Shown here piece after piece: positions 1 to 8,891 of a stretch of DNA of 64,000 bases; the first letter of the stretch is position 1; each line of letters opens with the position of its first letter. Below the pieces are notes generated by a model. The model ran no database searches and was not told where the DNA came from. It saw nothing but the letters and a program-made list of their open reading frames with translations. The DNA lies in contig JACRKQ010000024.1 in NCBI GenBank assembly GCA_016219705.1, positions 479-64,478 of the forward strand, in the 5' to 3' direction. Source of the DNA: Candidatus Saganbacteria bacterium. GTDB lineage: Bacteria; Margulisbacteria; WOR-1; O2-12-FULL-45-9. The translations under genes were made by a program, and so were the position numbers.

Positions 1-617
1 GGCAGCGGGTCAAGCTAAGGCAAATTTTAGAAAAAGAATTCCACGTCCCGGTTTTTGTCGATAACGACGCCAACTGCGCGGCGCTGGCCGAAATGTGGTT
101 CGGAGCGGGAAAATTCGTGAAACATTTTATTTATATGACTATCTCCACGGGGATTGGCGGTGGGATTGTTATCGATAAGAAAATTTATCGCGGCGCCACC
201 GGTTCCGCCGGTGAATTCGGCCACATGAAAATCGAAATTAACGGTCCTCTCTGCGGCTGTGGACAGCGTGGCTGTCTGGAAACCTTAGCCTCGGGCAGCG
301 CCCTTAAACGGCAGACAGGGATGGACGCGCTCTCTCTTGAACTCGCCGCTCGTCAGGGAGATACCGCCGCTCTTGCCGCCATCAAACAGGCAGCGCATTA
401 TTTAGCTATTGGCGTGGCTAATCTGGTCAATATTTTTAACCCGGAGATGGTTATCCTGGGCGGCGGGGTTTCTAACATGAGAGAATTGCTCCTTCAGCCC
501 ATTCGGGATGAATTCAAAAATTACGCCCTGACCTTGCCGGCGAAAACAGTCAAGATTGTCCGGGCAAAACTGGGAACTAAAGCAGGGGTTTTGGGCGCGG
601 CGGCGTTATGTCTATAA
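1..617 (+). CDS. ROK family sugar kinase (glucokinase-like), 5' end cut by window edge
   Basis: Frame is open from nt 3. VFVDNDANCAALAE, GIGGG and the CGCGQRGCLE zinc motif are typical of ROK kinases. Confidence 0.85.
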   Translation, partial: QRVKLRQILEKEFHVPVFVDNDANCAALAEMWFGAGKFVKHFIYMTISTGIGGGIVIDKKIYRGATGSAGEFGHMKIEINGPLCGCGQRGCLETLASGSALKRQTGMDALSLELAARQGDTAALAAIKQAAHYLAIGVANLVNIFNPEMVILGGGVSNMRELLLQPIRDEFKNYALTLPAKTVKIVRAKLGTKAGVLGAAALCL

Positions 618-1234
618 TCATCATCGACTACGGCAGCGGCAATCTGCGCAGCGTGGAGAAAGCCTTCCAAAAGCTGGGGTTTGACGCCGCAGTCAGCCGA
701 GATAAAGCCGCCATCAGCCAGGCAAAAGGCGTGGTTCTCCCCGGTGTCGGTTCATTTGATGCCGCGTTAAGTGAGCTGCGGAAGAATGGCCTTGAGGGAG
801 CGATTGAAGCAGCCATCGCCATGGACAAACCTTTCCTGGGCATCTGCCTGGGGATGCAGCATCTTTTTGAAACTTCGGAGGAAGGGAAACAAAGAGGCTT
901 AAGTGTATTAAAAGGCCGCGTCAAGAAATTTAATTTTCACCAGACACCCTGGCAAAATTTAAGCGTGCCGCACATGGGCTGGAACCGTTTATTACTCAAA
1001 GATAACGTCCCTATTTTTGCCGGCATTGAAAACGGGAGCCAGGTTTATTTCGCCCATTCTTATTATGCGGCGCCGGAAGATAAGAAAGTCATTGCCAGCA
1101 GCACTGATTATGGTATAGAATTTACATCTGCAGTCTGGCGGGGAAATCTGTTCGGCATTCAATTTCATCCCGAGAAAAGCGGCGCGGTGGGATTAAGGAT
1201 CATTAAAAATTTTGGAGATTTATGTTTGAAATAA
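608..1234 (+). CDS. hisH: Imidazole glycerol phosphate synthase, glutamine amidotransferase subunit
   Basis: IIDYGSGNLRSV, PGVGSF, GICLGMQ (Cys nucleophile) and QFHPEKS motifs. Overlaps the upstream stop. Confidence 0.93.
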   Translation: MSIIIIDYGSGNLRSVEKAFQKLGFDAAVSRDKAAISQAKGVVLPGVGSFDAALSELRKNGLEGAIEAAIAMDKPFLGICLGMQHLFETSEEGKQRGLSVLKGRVKKFNFHQTPWQNLSVPHMGWNRLLLKDNVPIFAGIENGSQVYFAHSYYAAPEDKKVIASSTDYGIEFTSAVWRGNLFGIQFHPEKSGAVGLRIIKNFGDLCLK

Positions 1235-1926
1235 TACCGGCAATTGATTTATTAGACGGCAAGGTCGTGCGCCTGAAACAGGGCCGCTATGAAGCGGAAA
1301 CCGTCTACTCGCAGGCTCCCCTGGAGTTCGCCAAAAAATGGGCGGGATTTGGCGTGCCGCGCATCCATGTCGTCGATCTCGACGGCGCGAGGACCGGCAT
1401 ACCGAAAAATATTGTCATCATAAAAACGATCGCCCAGTCGATCAATGTCCCTATCCAGGTCGGCGGCGGCATCAGAAACTTTGATCTGATAAAACAATTG
1501 CTGGACGCCGGCGTTAATCGCGTGATCCTGGGGACAACCGCCGTTAATAATCCCAACACTTTGGAAAAATACTGCGCGGAGTATGGCGATAAGATCGCGG
1601 TGGCCATCGATTCAAAAGAAGGGCGCGCTGCAACCCACGGCTGGGCTAAACTTTCCCACAAAACACCGCTGGCCCTGGCCAAAGAAGCGTTGAAGTTTGG
1701 CGTCCGCCGTTTTATCTATACTGACATCAGCCGCGACGGAATGCTGGCGGGGCCTAATTTTGATGGGATCCGTAATTTTATTTTGGAGGTCCAGGCACCG
1801 GTCATCGCTTCCGGCGGTGTGACAACCAAAGAGGATATTGAAAAATTAAAAGATACCGGCGCGGAAGGTTGCATTATCGGCAAAGCCTTGTACGAAGGAA
1901 AAATTAAGTTGGAAGATATTCTATAA
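1222..1926 (+). CDS. hisA: ProFAR isomerase (HisA)
   Basis: IIPAIDLLDGKVVRLKQG, VGGGIR and YTDISRDGML motifs. Overlaps the hisH end. Confidence 0.9.
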   Translation: MFEIIPAIDLLDGKVVRLKQGRYEAETVYSQAPLEFAKKWAGFGVPRIHVVDLDGARTGIPKNIVIIKTIAQSINVPIQVGGGIRNFDLIKQLLDAGVNRVILGTTAVNNPNTLEKYCAEYGDKIAVAIDSKEGRAATHGWAKLSHKTPLALAKEALKFGVRRFIYTDISRDGMLAGPNFDGIRNFILEVQAPVIASGGVTTKEDIEKLKDTGAEGCIIGKALYEGKIKLEDIL

Positions 1927-1928
1927 TT

Positions 1929-2762
1929 ATGGATTCCGCCTTAGATCTTAGGCAAGATTACAAAGAAAAATATCGTGAGGCATTGGATCAAAATCTTTCC
2001 ACAATAACCGCCGCTCCATTTTTCAGTTATAAAACACAGACGATCAGAGCCTTGGCTAAAACCGATCCCGACATCCAGATCATCGATTTTCGCAATAATT
2101 TTATAGTCGGTTCCGCCCGACATATCTTTCTTGAATCTATTGAAATTGCCACGGCAGAAAACAGACAGACCACCTTAGACCTCTTGCGTCACAAGAAAAA
2201 GACAATCCACCTGATTACACATTTGTATTATTTTGAAGATGCAGCCATTCTCTTGCCTAACGCTCAATTGCTTTTCCCACAATTGCTCAATCATGAGGAC
2301 ATTACTGTCATCAGAAGAGTTTTTGCTGATTTGCCAGCGACAGACAAACAAATCGCTGAAAATCTTATTGATTATTTCGATGGTTGGCCGGCAATTGCAC
2401 ATTTATGTTTTTTACCAGATAAAATAAATATTACAATGAAATTAATTTCTGCTTTAGCCGCCAATCCTAAAGTTAACCAGAAAGAGTACTTTGGCAAATT
2501 TTCTGCACCATTATTTAAACAACATTTTGATCTTTTATCGACAACTAAACCTTTTGATCCGCAACTTGCAGAAAAATCGATTCAAATACCAGCACAAATC
2601 TGGCAAGATTATCAATCCCGCAAGATCGACATAAAGCTACTCTGTGATTCAGTAGCAAATAATTTATGGTATTCTGTCAAATACGGCTATCTCTGGCTTG
2701 ATGAAGAGAAAGGCCAATTTAAAGTTCCTAAAATTATCGCCGACCTCATTAACAATGACTAG
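1929..2762 (+). CDS. Hypothetical protein (277 aa), AT-rich
   Basis: Long ORF starting 3 nt after the hisA stop. No recognisable motif, signal peptide or TM segment. Confidence 0.6.
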   Translation: MDSALDLRQDYKEKYREALDQNLSTITAAPFFSYKTQTIRALAKTDPDIQIIDFRNNFIVGSARHIFLESIEIATAENRQTTLDLLRHKKKTIHLITHLYYFEDAAILLPNAQLLFPQLLNHEDITVIRRVFADLPATDKQIAENLIDYFDGWPAIAHLCFLPDKINITMKLISALAANPKVNQKEYFGKFSAPLFKQHFDLLSTTKPFDPQLAEKSIQIPAQIWQDYQSRKIDIKLLCDSVANNLWYSVKYGYLWLDEEKGQFKVPKIIADLINND

Positions 2763-3735
2763 CCGAGATGTAAAATGTTTGGCTGCCACCCCAGATGAAA
2801 ACCCCGCTTGTTATGCCATCTGGGAAGCGCTCATTAAGAAATTAGCCGTCCAATTTCAGTTTTTTTATAAATCTCTTCGAGTTTATTTTGCTGATGGCAG
2901 CAAGCCAGCTCCCTATCTTTTTCCCGACGGCTGTATCGGAGATTTTCATTTTTCCGGGGTTGAGCTGGGTAATTTGTTTCGTTTTGTCCCGGCCGATGAA
3001 TTCGCCTCGCTGATTTTTCCCAAGCAAAATTTTTATGAGGAATCGGTAAGTCAAACATTCCTAACCAATGCGCTTTATGATCAATGCCCTGTTTTTCCTG
3101 TTTATCATCCAACACATCAGGAAGTTTTTACTCCTGGCTACTTTTATAAAATCCTTAAATTATCACCGGATCTTTTAAGCGTTAACTTTAAGGCTGATGA
3201 TGCCGCTTTTAAACCGGCGATCAGGATGCTCAATTTTTCTCTAGCTCTGCTTTACGCAGTTTGCCTTTTGGAGAGCGCCTATATTGATATTTTCGGCAAA
3301 CACCGCGAACCATTGGCCATGATTAGAAAAATTGAGCATAACTGGCGGCTGGGCAGCGGCCGGATTGCCAGGGGGCTGAATAGTTTTCACCTTTATATTT
3401 TGAGCTTTTTAACAAGAATCACCCATGTCAGCGGCTATGGTCTGGCGGCATCATTATTTAGACTAAAAAACGGCGCCCACTCTTATAATCCAGGACATGG
3501 CACTTGGCAGATAGGCAACGATATTGATCATTTACCATTTAAATTATTTTTGGAAAAACAAATAAGATTATTAGTTGAACATTGGTGCAAAAATATTTCT
3601 CCGGAAAATCGCCAGCAAATTAAGCTCGCTGTCTGTTTGGGTGAACTTTTTGGCTTGGGTTATGAAACAGCTCCCGAAATAAGTAAAGCTGCGTATAAAA
3701 ACGCCCCCGTTAATTTTCGGCCAGACTTTGCCTAA
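2755..3735 (+). CDS. Hypothetical protein (about 326 aa), AT-rich
   Basis: Long ORF. ATG at 2755 gives an 8-nt ATGACTAG overlap with the upstream stop (the ORF track offers 2698 as the earliest start). No recognisable motif. Confidence 0.6.
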   Translation: MTSRDVKCLAATPDENPACYAIWEALIKKLAVQFQFFYKSLRVYFADGSKPAPYLFPDGCIGDFHFSGVELGNLFRFVPADEFASLIFPKQNFYEESVSQTFLTNALYDQCPVFPVYHPTHQEVFTPGYFYKILKLSPDLLSVNFKADDAAFKPAIRMLNFSLALLYAVCLLESAYIDIFGKHREPLAMIRKIEHNWRLGSGRIARGLNSFHLYILSFLTRITHVSGYGLAASLFRLKNGAHSYNPGHGTWQIGNDIDHLPFKLFLEKQIRLLVEHWCKNISPENRQQIKLAVCLGELFGLGYETAPEISKAAYKNAPVNFRPDFA

Positions 3736-4069
3736 GGCGATAAATTTAACGGTATCAATTTCACGGCCAAAATGAATATGGAAAGTCCGTTATGGCGGGT
3801 ATATTATTTATATTCCAGGAAAATGTGAAAGACTCGAGAGGAAAATCAAGCAATATTTGGTGGTTGCGGTGAGATTTGGCAGCTTAATAAAAATGAGCCA
3901 AGAGCCGTCCAATACAATATTGCTCATGAATATGAAGTTAAATTTCTGTGGGAACGCATGGCGGCTTTAGAACAAAACATAACTGACGAAGAGCCATTAA
4001 AACATTTGGCAGAAAGTAAAGCAGAACTTTTGGCTTCAATAAATGAGGAACGGCGAGGCTTTATCCTTA

Positions 4070-4192
4070 CCTTGCTAAAGCAACCGCTCCGAATACCCCC
4101 CCATCCTGACCCAAAGCCGAAGGGATAATTTTTATTCTCCCCGCCTGTTCCGCCGGCAAATTCCGCTTGACCAGATCGTTAAGCGATTTAAA
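4070..4192. repeat. 123-bp direct repeat, copy A (detached copy of the ROK gene 3' region)
   Basis: 121/123 identical to 4906-5028 (mismatches at 4080 and 4112). On the minus strand it reads FKSLNDLVKRNLPAEQAGRIKIIPSALGQDGGVFGAVALAR-stop. Confidence 0.95.
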
Positions 4193-4577
4193 ACAAGGTT
4201 TCGATTATTTTAGCTTTTATTATTTCATCATCTCTGGTAATGAGCTTGACTTTTTCTTTAAGGATGTCTCGATATACCATGGCAGTAGCGCAAATAATTG
4301 CATCATGTATTTCAAGATTCGGCGACATTTTTTCAACGACTGTCAGATCTAGAGGATAAATTCTGCAACGGGGATCGGATTCAATTGCCAAAATAACTGC
4401 TTGTAAATCCACATTTATTCGTTTTCTTGAAATAAGATGCTTTATTTCTGCCAGTGTAATGGAAGGGATAACCAGTAAATCTTGATTATTATTAAAAATC
4501 TCCTTACATTTTTTACCCAATTTTTCTCCGCCTTCAAAAAACCAGACTAGAATGTGAGTATCCAGGACATAATACAT
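4188..4577 (-). CDS. vapC: PIN-domain toxin (VapC-like)
   Basis: 129 aa with N-terminal YVLDTH, a conserved acidic residue pattern (D6, E in LAEIK, D in HDAI, TRDDE), and a small upstream partner gene. Confidence 0.85.
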   Translation of the reverse strand: MYYVLDTHILVWFFEGGEKLGKKCKEIFNNNQDLLVIPSITLAEIKHLISRKRINVDLQAVILAIESDPRCRIYPLDLTVVEKMSPNLEIHDAIICATAMVYRDILKEKVKLITRDDEIIKAKIIETLF

Positions 4578-4578
4578 G

Positions 4579-4773
4579 CTAAAATTCCTTGGATTTCATA
4601 TGGGAGAGTTGTATTTCTTCAAGTGAAAAATTTGTTTTACCTTTCCATATTCCATACAAAGTAGAAAAACCAGCTGGTTTCGTTTTTTCTATCGTATCTA
4701 GCTGAATCCTTAAAACTTTTACTTCCTCCTCTAACCCCTTCATTTTTGCCAGTACCGAAGAATAGGCACTCAT
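4579..4773 (-). CDS. Small antitoxin-like protein (64 aa) partnered with VapC
   Basis: 1-nt gap to vapC. Size and position are typical of type II antitoxins. Carries an LYGIWKG...FSLEEI motif. Confidence 0.65.
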   Translation of the reverse strand: MSAYSSVLAKMKGLEEEVKVLRIQLDTIEKTKPAGFSTLYGIWKGKTNFSLEEIQLSHMKSKEF

Positions 4774-4878
4774 ATTTTATCCTCCAAATTTTATAGTATT
4801 ACCAAACTCTACTTGAAATAGTATAGCAAATTTTAAATGCGAAATCTATGTAGAAAATTCCAAATCATAGGTAATTAT

Positions 4879-5880
4879 TCAGAAAATAATCTTATTATAA
4901 TACAGCCTTGCTAAATCAACCGCTCCGAATACCCCCCCATCCTGACCTAAAGCCGAAGGGATAATTTTTATTCTCCCCGCCTGTTCCGCCGGCAAATTCC
5001 GCTTGACCAGATCGTTAAGCGATTTAAATAATAATTCACCGGCATCTGACATTCCCCCGCCAATAATAATTGTTTCCAATTTATGGAGTCGGATCAGTTT
5101 AACAATACCATGCGCTAAATAATTTAAACTTTCGGCCAGAACTTCCTGGGCGGTTCGGTCGCCTAAAGCCGCCGCCTCATAAATAATTTCCGCATTAATT
5201 TTAGCGGCCAAATCGTGACCATCTTTGAAAGGTCCGATTAATTTTAAGATTTGAGAATTAAGATCTTTTTTCTCCGCAATTTTTTGCAGAGCGTTTCTGG
5301 CAATCGCTTCACCAGATGAATAAAGATGCAGACAGCCTTTCTGCCCGCAGCCGCATTGAACACCATCTGGAACAACAACCATATGGCCGAATTCAGTTTC
5401 TCTGCCGCTCTTGCCGTGATAAACCTGACCGTCCGTAACAAGCGCTCCCCCCACCCCTGTCCCCAAAATTAAATAGAGGAAATTTTTGATCTCGCGGCCG
5501 GCGCCGGAATGCAGTTCGCCGAGAGCGGCGGCATTGGCATCATTATCTGCGAAAACCGGGAGGCGAAATTGCTTTTGCAGTCGCTGCTGGATTAAACAGG
5601 GTAAAATTATTTTTTGATTTTCAAGTTCGACTGTCAAACTCGGCGCGCCAACGCCAATGGCTTTAATATCTTTTTGGTCGGTGTCAGTAGTTTTAAGAAG
5701 TTCACTAATTCCATTATTAAGCATAGTATTCCAGGTGCCATCATAAACTCCGCTGGGCAGGATTATTTGTTTGAGGATCTTGCCGGAATCATCAGCCAGA
5801 GCGAACGCCGTTTTGGTGCCGCCAACATCTATGCCGATATACATTGGTTTTGAGTTTAGCGCAGATAAGATTTTTAACAA
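4879..5880 (-). CDS. ROK family sugar kinase (glucokinase-like)
   Basis: YIGIDVGGTK, ADNDANAAALGE and CGCGQKGCL motifs. The maximal ORF starts with TTG at 5880; ATG at 5844 (MYIGIDVGG) is the more likely start. Confidence 0.88.
   Translation of the reverse strand: MLKILSALNSKPMYIGIDVGGTKTAFALADDSGKILKQIILPSGVYDGTWNTMLNNGISELLKTTDTDQKDIKAIGVGAPSLTVELENQKIILPCLIQQRLQKQFRLPVFADNDANAAALGELHSGAGREIKNFLYLILGTGVGGALVTDGQVYHGKSGRETEFGHMVVVPDGVQCGCGQKGCLHLYSSGEAIARNALQKIAEKKDLNSQILKLIGPFKDGHDLAAKINAEIIYEAAALGDRTAQEVLAESLNYLAHGIVKLIRLHKLETIIIGGGMSDAGELLFKSLNDLVKRNLPAEQAGRIKIIPSALGQDGGVFGAVDLARLYYNKIIF
4906..5028. repeat. 123-bp direct repeat, copy B (inside the 3' end of the ROK kinase gene)
   Basis: Matches 4070-4192 with 2 mismatches. 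Confidence 0.95.
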
Positions 5881-7472
5881 GCCTCTTTGATTGATAATTC
5901 TAGTTCATGTCCCGGCGTCTGAAAGCCAGATTCAGCCGCCACCCGTTCCAGCATCCCGTTGATTAATTTTCGCTTATTAGTCAGAAAGGCCATCTCTCCC
6001 TGCGCCTCAATCGCCGTATTAAGCAGAGAAAATTCATGCTCCGCTTCACGGAACATCTTTTCGTTCGCCTTATCACGGATCTGGTCCAGTTCTATTTGAC
6101 TTAAACTGACTCCGATTTTATCCAGGTTGCGCAAGACGGTTTTAAGTTTTCTCTCCGTCATCTGCCAAGCTGCGCCTTCTAGTTTAGCATAAGTCGCCCG
6201 CTCTTCAAACCCTTCGCGCAGCATTTCAAAGAGTTTGATTTTAGCGCAAGCCGTCGCCTCTTTTTCAATCCGGTCAAAGTTACTGACTCCTAATTTAATT
6301 AAACCGTTCTTAGACCTGATCATCTTAAACTGGGTTTCGAGCAAGGTGCGGGCATCGCCATAGACCGCTCGGCGCATGTATAAAGCGCGCAACTTATCGG
6401 TCAGAATATCTTTTTCTTCCTGGACCGTATACTGATATTGGTGGCGCTGTTTTTGATCGCTACTCGTCCCTGTGCCGGTATCAATATATTCAGTATAAAT
6501 TAATAGATTGAGACCAAGATTATCTGTTAGCTTGGGTAATTTTTCCATAAATTGCTGAACATCATAACCAACTTTTGTCCCAAGCTTAAGTAATTCATCG
6601 ATGGCTTTTTCGGTCTTAGCTGGATCATCAGAAGTAACCTTCTTAATAACTTCACCAGTTAAGGCGTCGTCAACAAAGTCGCGCAATAAGCCATGGATAT
6701 CCTCTTTTGCCTCATTAACAACGCCCTGCAATCCCCCTTTATAATTACCGAACCTGTGGCCGCCTAAATTCATCTTCTTCTCTGCGAAGAATAATAAATC
6801 CTGGGTTTCCGATTTAGCGATTAACCACTCCATCGATTTTGATTTGGCTAAAATAAGATTTAAATAGGCGTCTTTAACCTGCAAAGCCACTTCGCCGCGG
6901 ATGGAATTAGCTGCCTGGAGCTTTAAGTTTTTGACATCTTTGTAATTCATCTCATGCTCGGCCAGTAGTTTTTTTTCTAACTGCTCCATTTTTCGTTTAG
7001 CTTCCTGGCCGCCGCACACCAGTGTTTGCGAATAAGCCGCGAGATATTCTTTAACATCAGATTGGGCCGAGTCATCATCTTGCCCTAAATCAGTTCCCGT
7101 TTGTCCGCTGAATTGTTTTTTCTGCTTGCTTGAGCTGACCGCAGTAATCGGGTTATTAACATCAACAATATCGTTGGTGTTTTCCTGCCTGCCATCAAGA
7201 GCAAAGCCGTAATCTTTCGCCAGATTATTCAGCAGTTTTGCCTGACCAATTTGTTGCGCCAACTTATTAGCTAAATTGGCCAATATTTGCACTCCGGCTT
7301 TATCGGCCTGGCCATTGAGCGCTTTTTTGAGGACACTCTCTGCGACTTTGGCATTATTATTAGTATCAAGCTTGCGCTCAAATTCCGACTTTAAAATCTG
7401 GTCGAGACTTTGGGCGGCTGAAAGGTTGCCCAAAACCGCGCCTTGTTGTTGATTAACTTGTTCCAATCCCAT
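5874..7472 (-). CDS. Hypothetical helical/coiled-coil protein (532 aa)
   Basis: Long ORF 4 nt downstream of the GT2-TPR gene. Q/N-rich N-terminus, no signal peptide or TM segment, no recognised motif. Confidence 0.75.
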   Translation of the reverse strand: MGLEQVNQQQGAVLGNLSAAQSLDQILKSEFERKLDTNNNAKVAESVLKKALNGQADKAGVQILANLANKLAQQIGQAKLLNNLAKDYGFALDGRQENTNDIVDVNNPITAVSSSKQKKQFSGQTGTDLGQDDDSAQSDVKEYLAAYSQTLVCGGQEAKRKMEQLEKKLLAEHEMNYKDVKNLKLQAANSIRGEVALQVKDAYLNLILAKSKSMEWLIAKSETQDLLFFAEKKMNLGGHRFGNYKGGLQGVVNEAKEDIHGLLRDFVDDALTGEVIKKVTSDDPAKTEKAIDELLKLGTKVGYDVQQFMEKLPKLTDNLGLNLLIYTEYIDTGTGTSSDQKQRHQYQYTVQEEKDILTDKLRALYMRRAVYGDARTLLETQFKMIRSKNGLIKLGVSNFDRIEKEATACAKIKLFEMLREGFEERATYAKLEGAAWQMTERKLKTVLRNLDKIGVSLSQIELDQIRDKANEKMFREAEHEFSLLNTAIEAQGEMAFLTNKRKLINGMLERVAAESGFQTPGHELELSIKEAC

Positions 7473-7476
7473 TTTT

Positions 7477-8496
7477 TTATCCTCTTAACCGGTTATATTC
7501 AGCCAGACAAGCTTGGGCCATAAATTTTTCACCTTTTTGCTCATAGGCCTTGCTTAAAAATAGGTTAGGCAGAGCGTAATTAATGCCTAATTGGCCGTCA
7601 ATTTTATTAGTTAATATCTCTTTTAATAATTCAATCGACTGATCAACTTCTCCGCTTAAAAGATATATGCCGGCAAAAGTTGTTTTGGCCGAAATATTGT
7701 CTGGTTCCATAACCAACAGCGCTTGCGCCGCCTGGGCCGCTTCATTAAAACGTTTTGAACAAAAAAGTAAATTGATTTTTTTCTCCAATGCTTCCCGGCC
7801 AATGGGCTCATCAGGAACCAAGCCGTAAGCTTGATCGTAATGTTCTAAAGCTTCCGGCAGTCGGTTCAAGGCTTCCAGGCTGGCCGCCAGGCGAAAATGA
7901 TAGTATGGGTCATCCGGGGATTGAATTAAGGCCTGCGTAAAAAGACGGATATAATTTTCCTGCTTGACCTTGAAGCGCTCCGCCGCAATATATTTTCCCC
8001 AATGGTAAATTGCTAATGGAGAAAGATCTCCCCGGGCAATCTCACCGCGCGCATCGACTAATTGTTCATTGATCGGCCGGATAAAAGTATAACCGGCTTT
8101 ACGATGAAAGAGTTTGACGCGCTGATAACTAAAGTTTTTATCGCAAGTCCCGTACTTGGACTCGTAGATCGTCACGTTATAAGCGTTCACTTTTGCTTTC
8201 GCTAAAAACGTTTTTAGATTTTTTAGGTCGGCAGTCTCGATCAATTCATCCGCGTCGACCCACAGGACCCAGTCACCAATCGCGTATTGAAGCGACTCAT
8301 TGCGCGCCGCGGCGTAATCATCGCGCCAGATAAAATGATAAACTTTAGCCCCGTATTTTTTCGCCAGTTCAACCGTCCCGTCGGTTGAGCCGGTATCGAC
8401 TAAAATAATTTCATCAACCCCCTGGCTTAAACTCGGCAAAGTTTTCGCCAGATTGGCCTCTTCATTTTTTACAATCATGCAAGCAGATATTTTCAT
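7477..8496 (-). CDS. Family 2 glycosyltransferase with C-terminal TPR repeats
   Basis: N-terminal SACMIVKNEE...LVDTGSTDGT...DADE (GT2 DxD) followed by TPR-like A/Y/L repeats (YYHFRLAASLEALNR, EALEHYDQAYGL). Confidence 0.85.
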   Translation of the reverse strand: MKISACMIVKNEEANLAKTLPSLSQGVDEIILVDTGSTDGTVELAKKYGAKVYHFIWRDDYAAARNESLQYAIGDWVLWVDADELIETADLKNLKTFLAKAKVNAYNVTIYESKYGTCDKNFSYQRVKLFHRKAGYTFIRPINEQLVDARGEIARGDLSPLAIYHWGKYIAAERFKVKQENYIRLFTQALIQSPDDPYYHFRLAASLEALNRLPEALEHYDQAYGLVPDEPIGREALEKKINLLFCSKRFNEAAQAAQALLVMEPDNISAKTTFAGIYLLSGEVDQSIELLKEILTNKIDGQLGINYALPNLFLSKAYEQKGEKFMAQACLAEYNRLRG

Positions 8497-8504
8497 AGAT
8501 TCCT

Positions 8505-8891
8505 TTAAGCCGCCGCCTGGACATGGGCCGGAGTGATCTGGCGTACGGCGCGTCGGGTTTTCACCTGGTCCCCCGTCGCCTTCTCTAAAATATTTTCATA
8601 CTCTTTAACGTGCCGCTGCCGCAGGCTAACCGCCTTGCGCACATAAGCGTTTAAGCGTTCCAGTTTGATCATGACCTCTCTTTTATTGGAATCGATGGTC
8701 TGCAATTCATATTCCAGATTGGCCCGCTCCATATAAAATTCGGATAAGATTTTACTAACGGAATCTAATTTTGTCTCTTCAAAGTAGAGCGGCGTGTATT
8801 GCTCTTTAATGCCCAGACGTTCCGCCTGAACCACTAATTGGTTTTTTAATTCGTTGATTAATTTCTTCTGGGCGCTTTTTTTCTTGCTCAT
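8505..8891 (-). CDS. Hypothetical coiled-coil protein (128 aa)
   Basis: ORF with a 4-nt overlap to the upstream gene. Charged heptad-like sequence, no known motif. Confidence 0.7.
   Translation of the reverse strand: MSKKKSAQKKLINELKNQLVVQAERLGIKEQYTPLYFEETKLDSVSKILSEFYMERANLEYELQTIDSNKREVMIKLERLNAYVRKAVSLRQRHVKEYENILEKATGDQVKTRRAVRQITPAHVQAAA

Noticed and set aside
3733-3828. Two in-frame stops (TAA 3733, TGA 3826) linking three same-phase open frames. I considered stop-codon reassignment or read-through.
   Set aside because: TAA, TAG and TGA all terminate well-conserved genes in this window at the expected C-termini (for example the TGA of the OppD-type gene and of the lipoate ligase, and the TAA of pyrG). 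The standard code fits, and gene decay is the simpler explanation.
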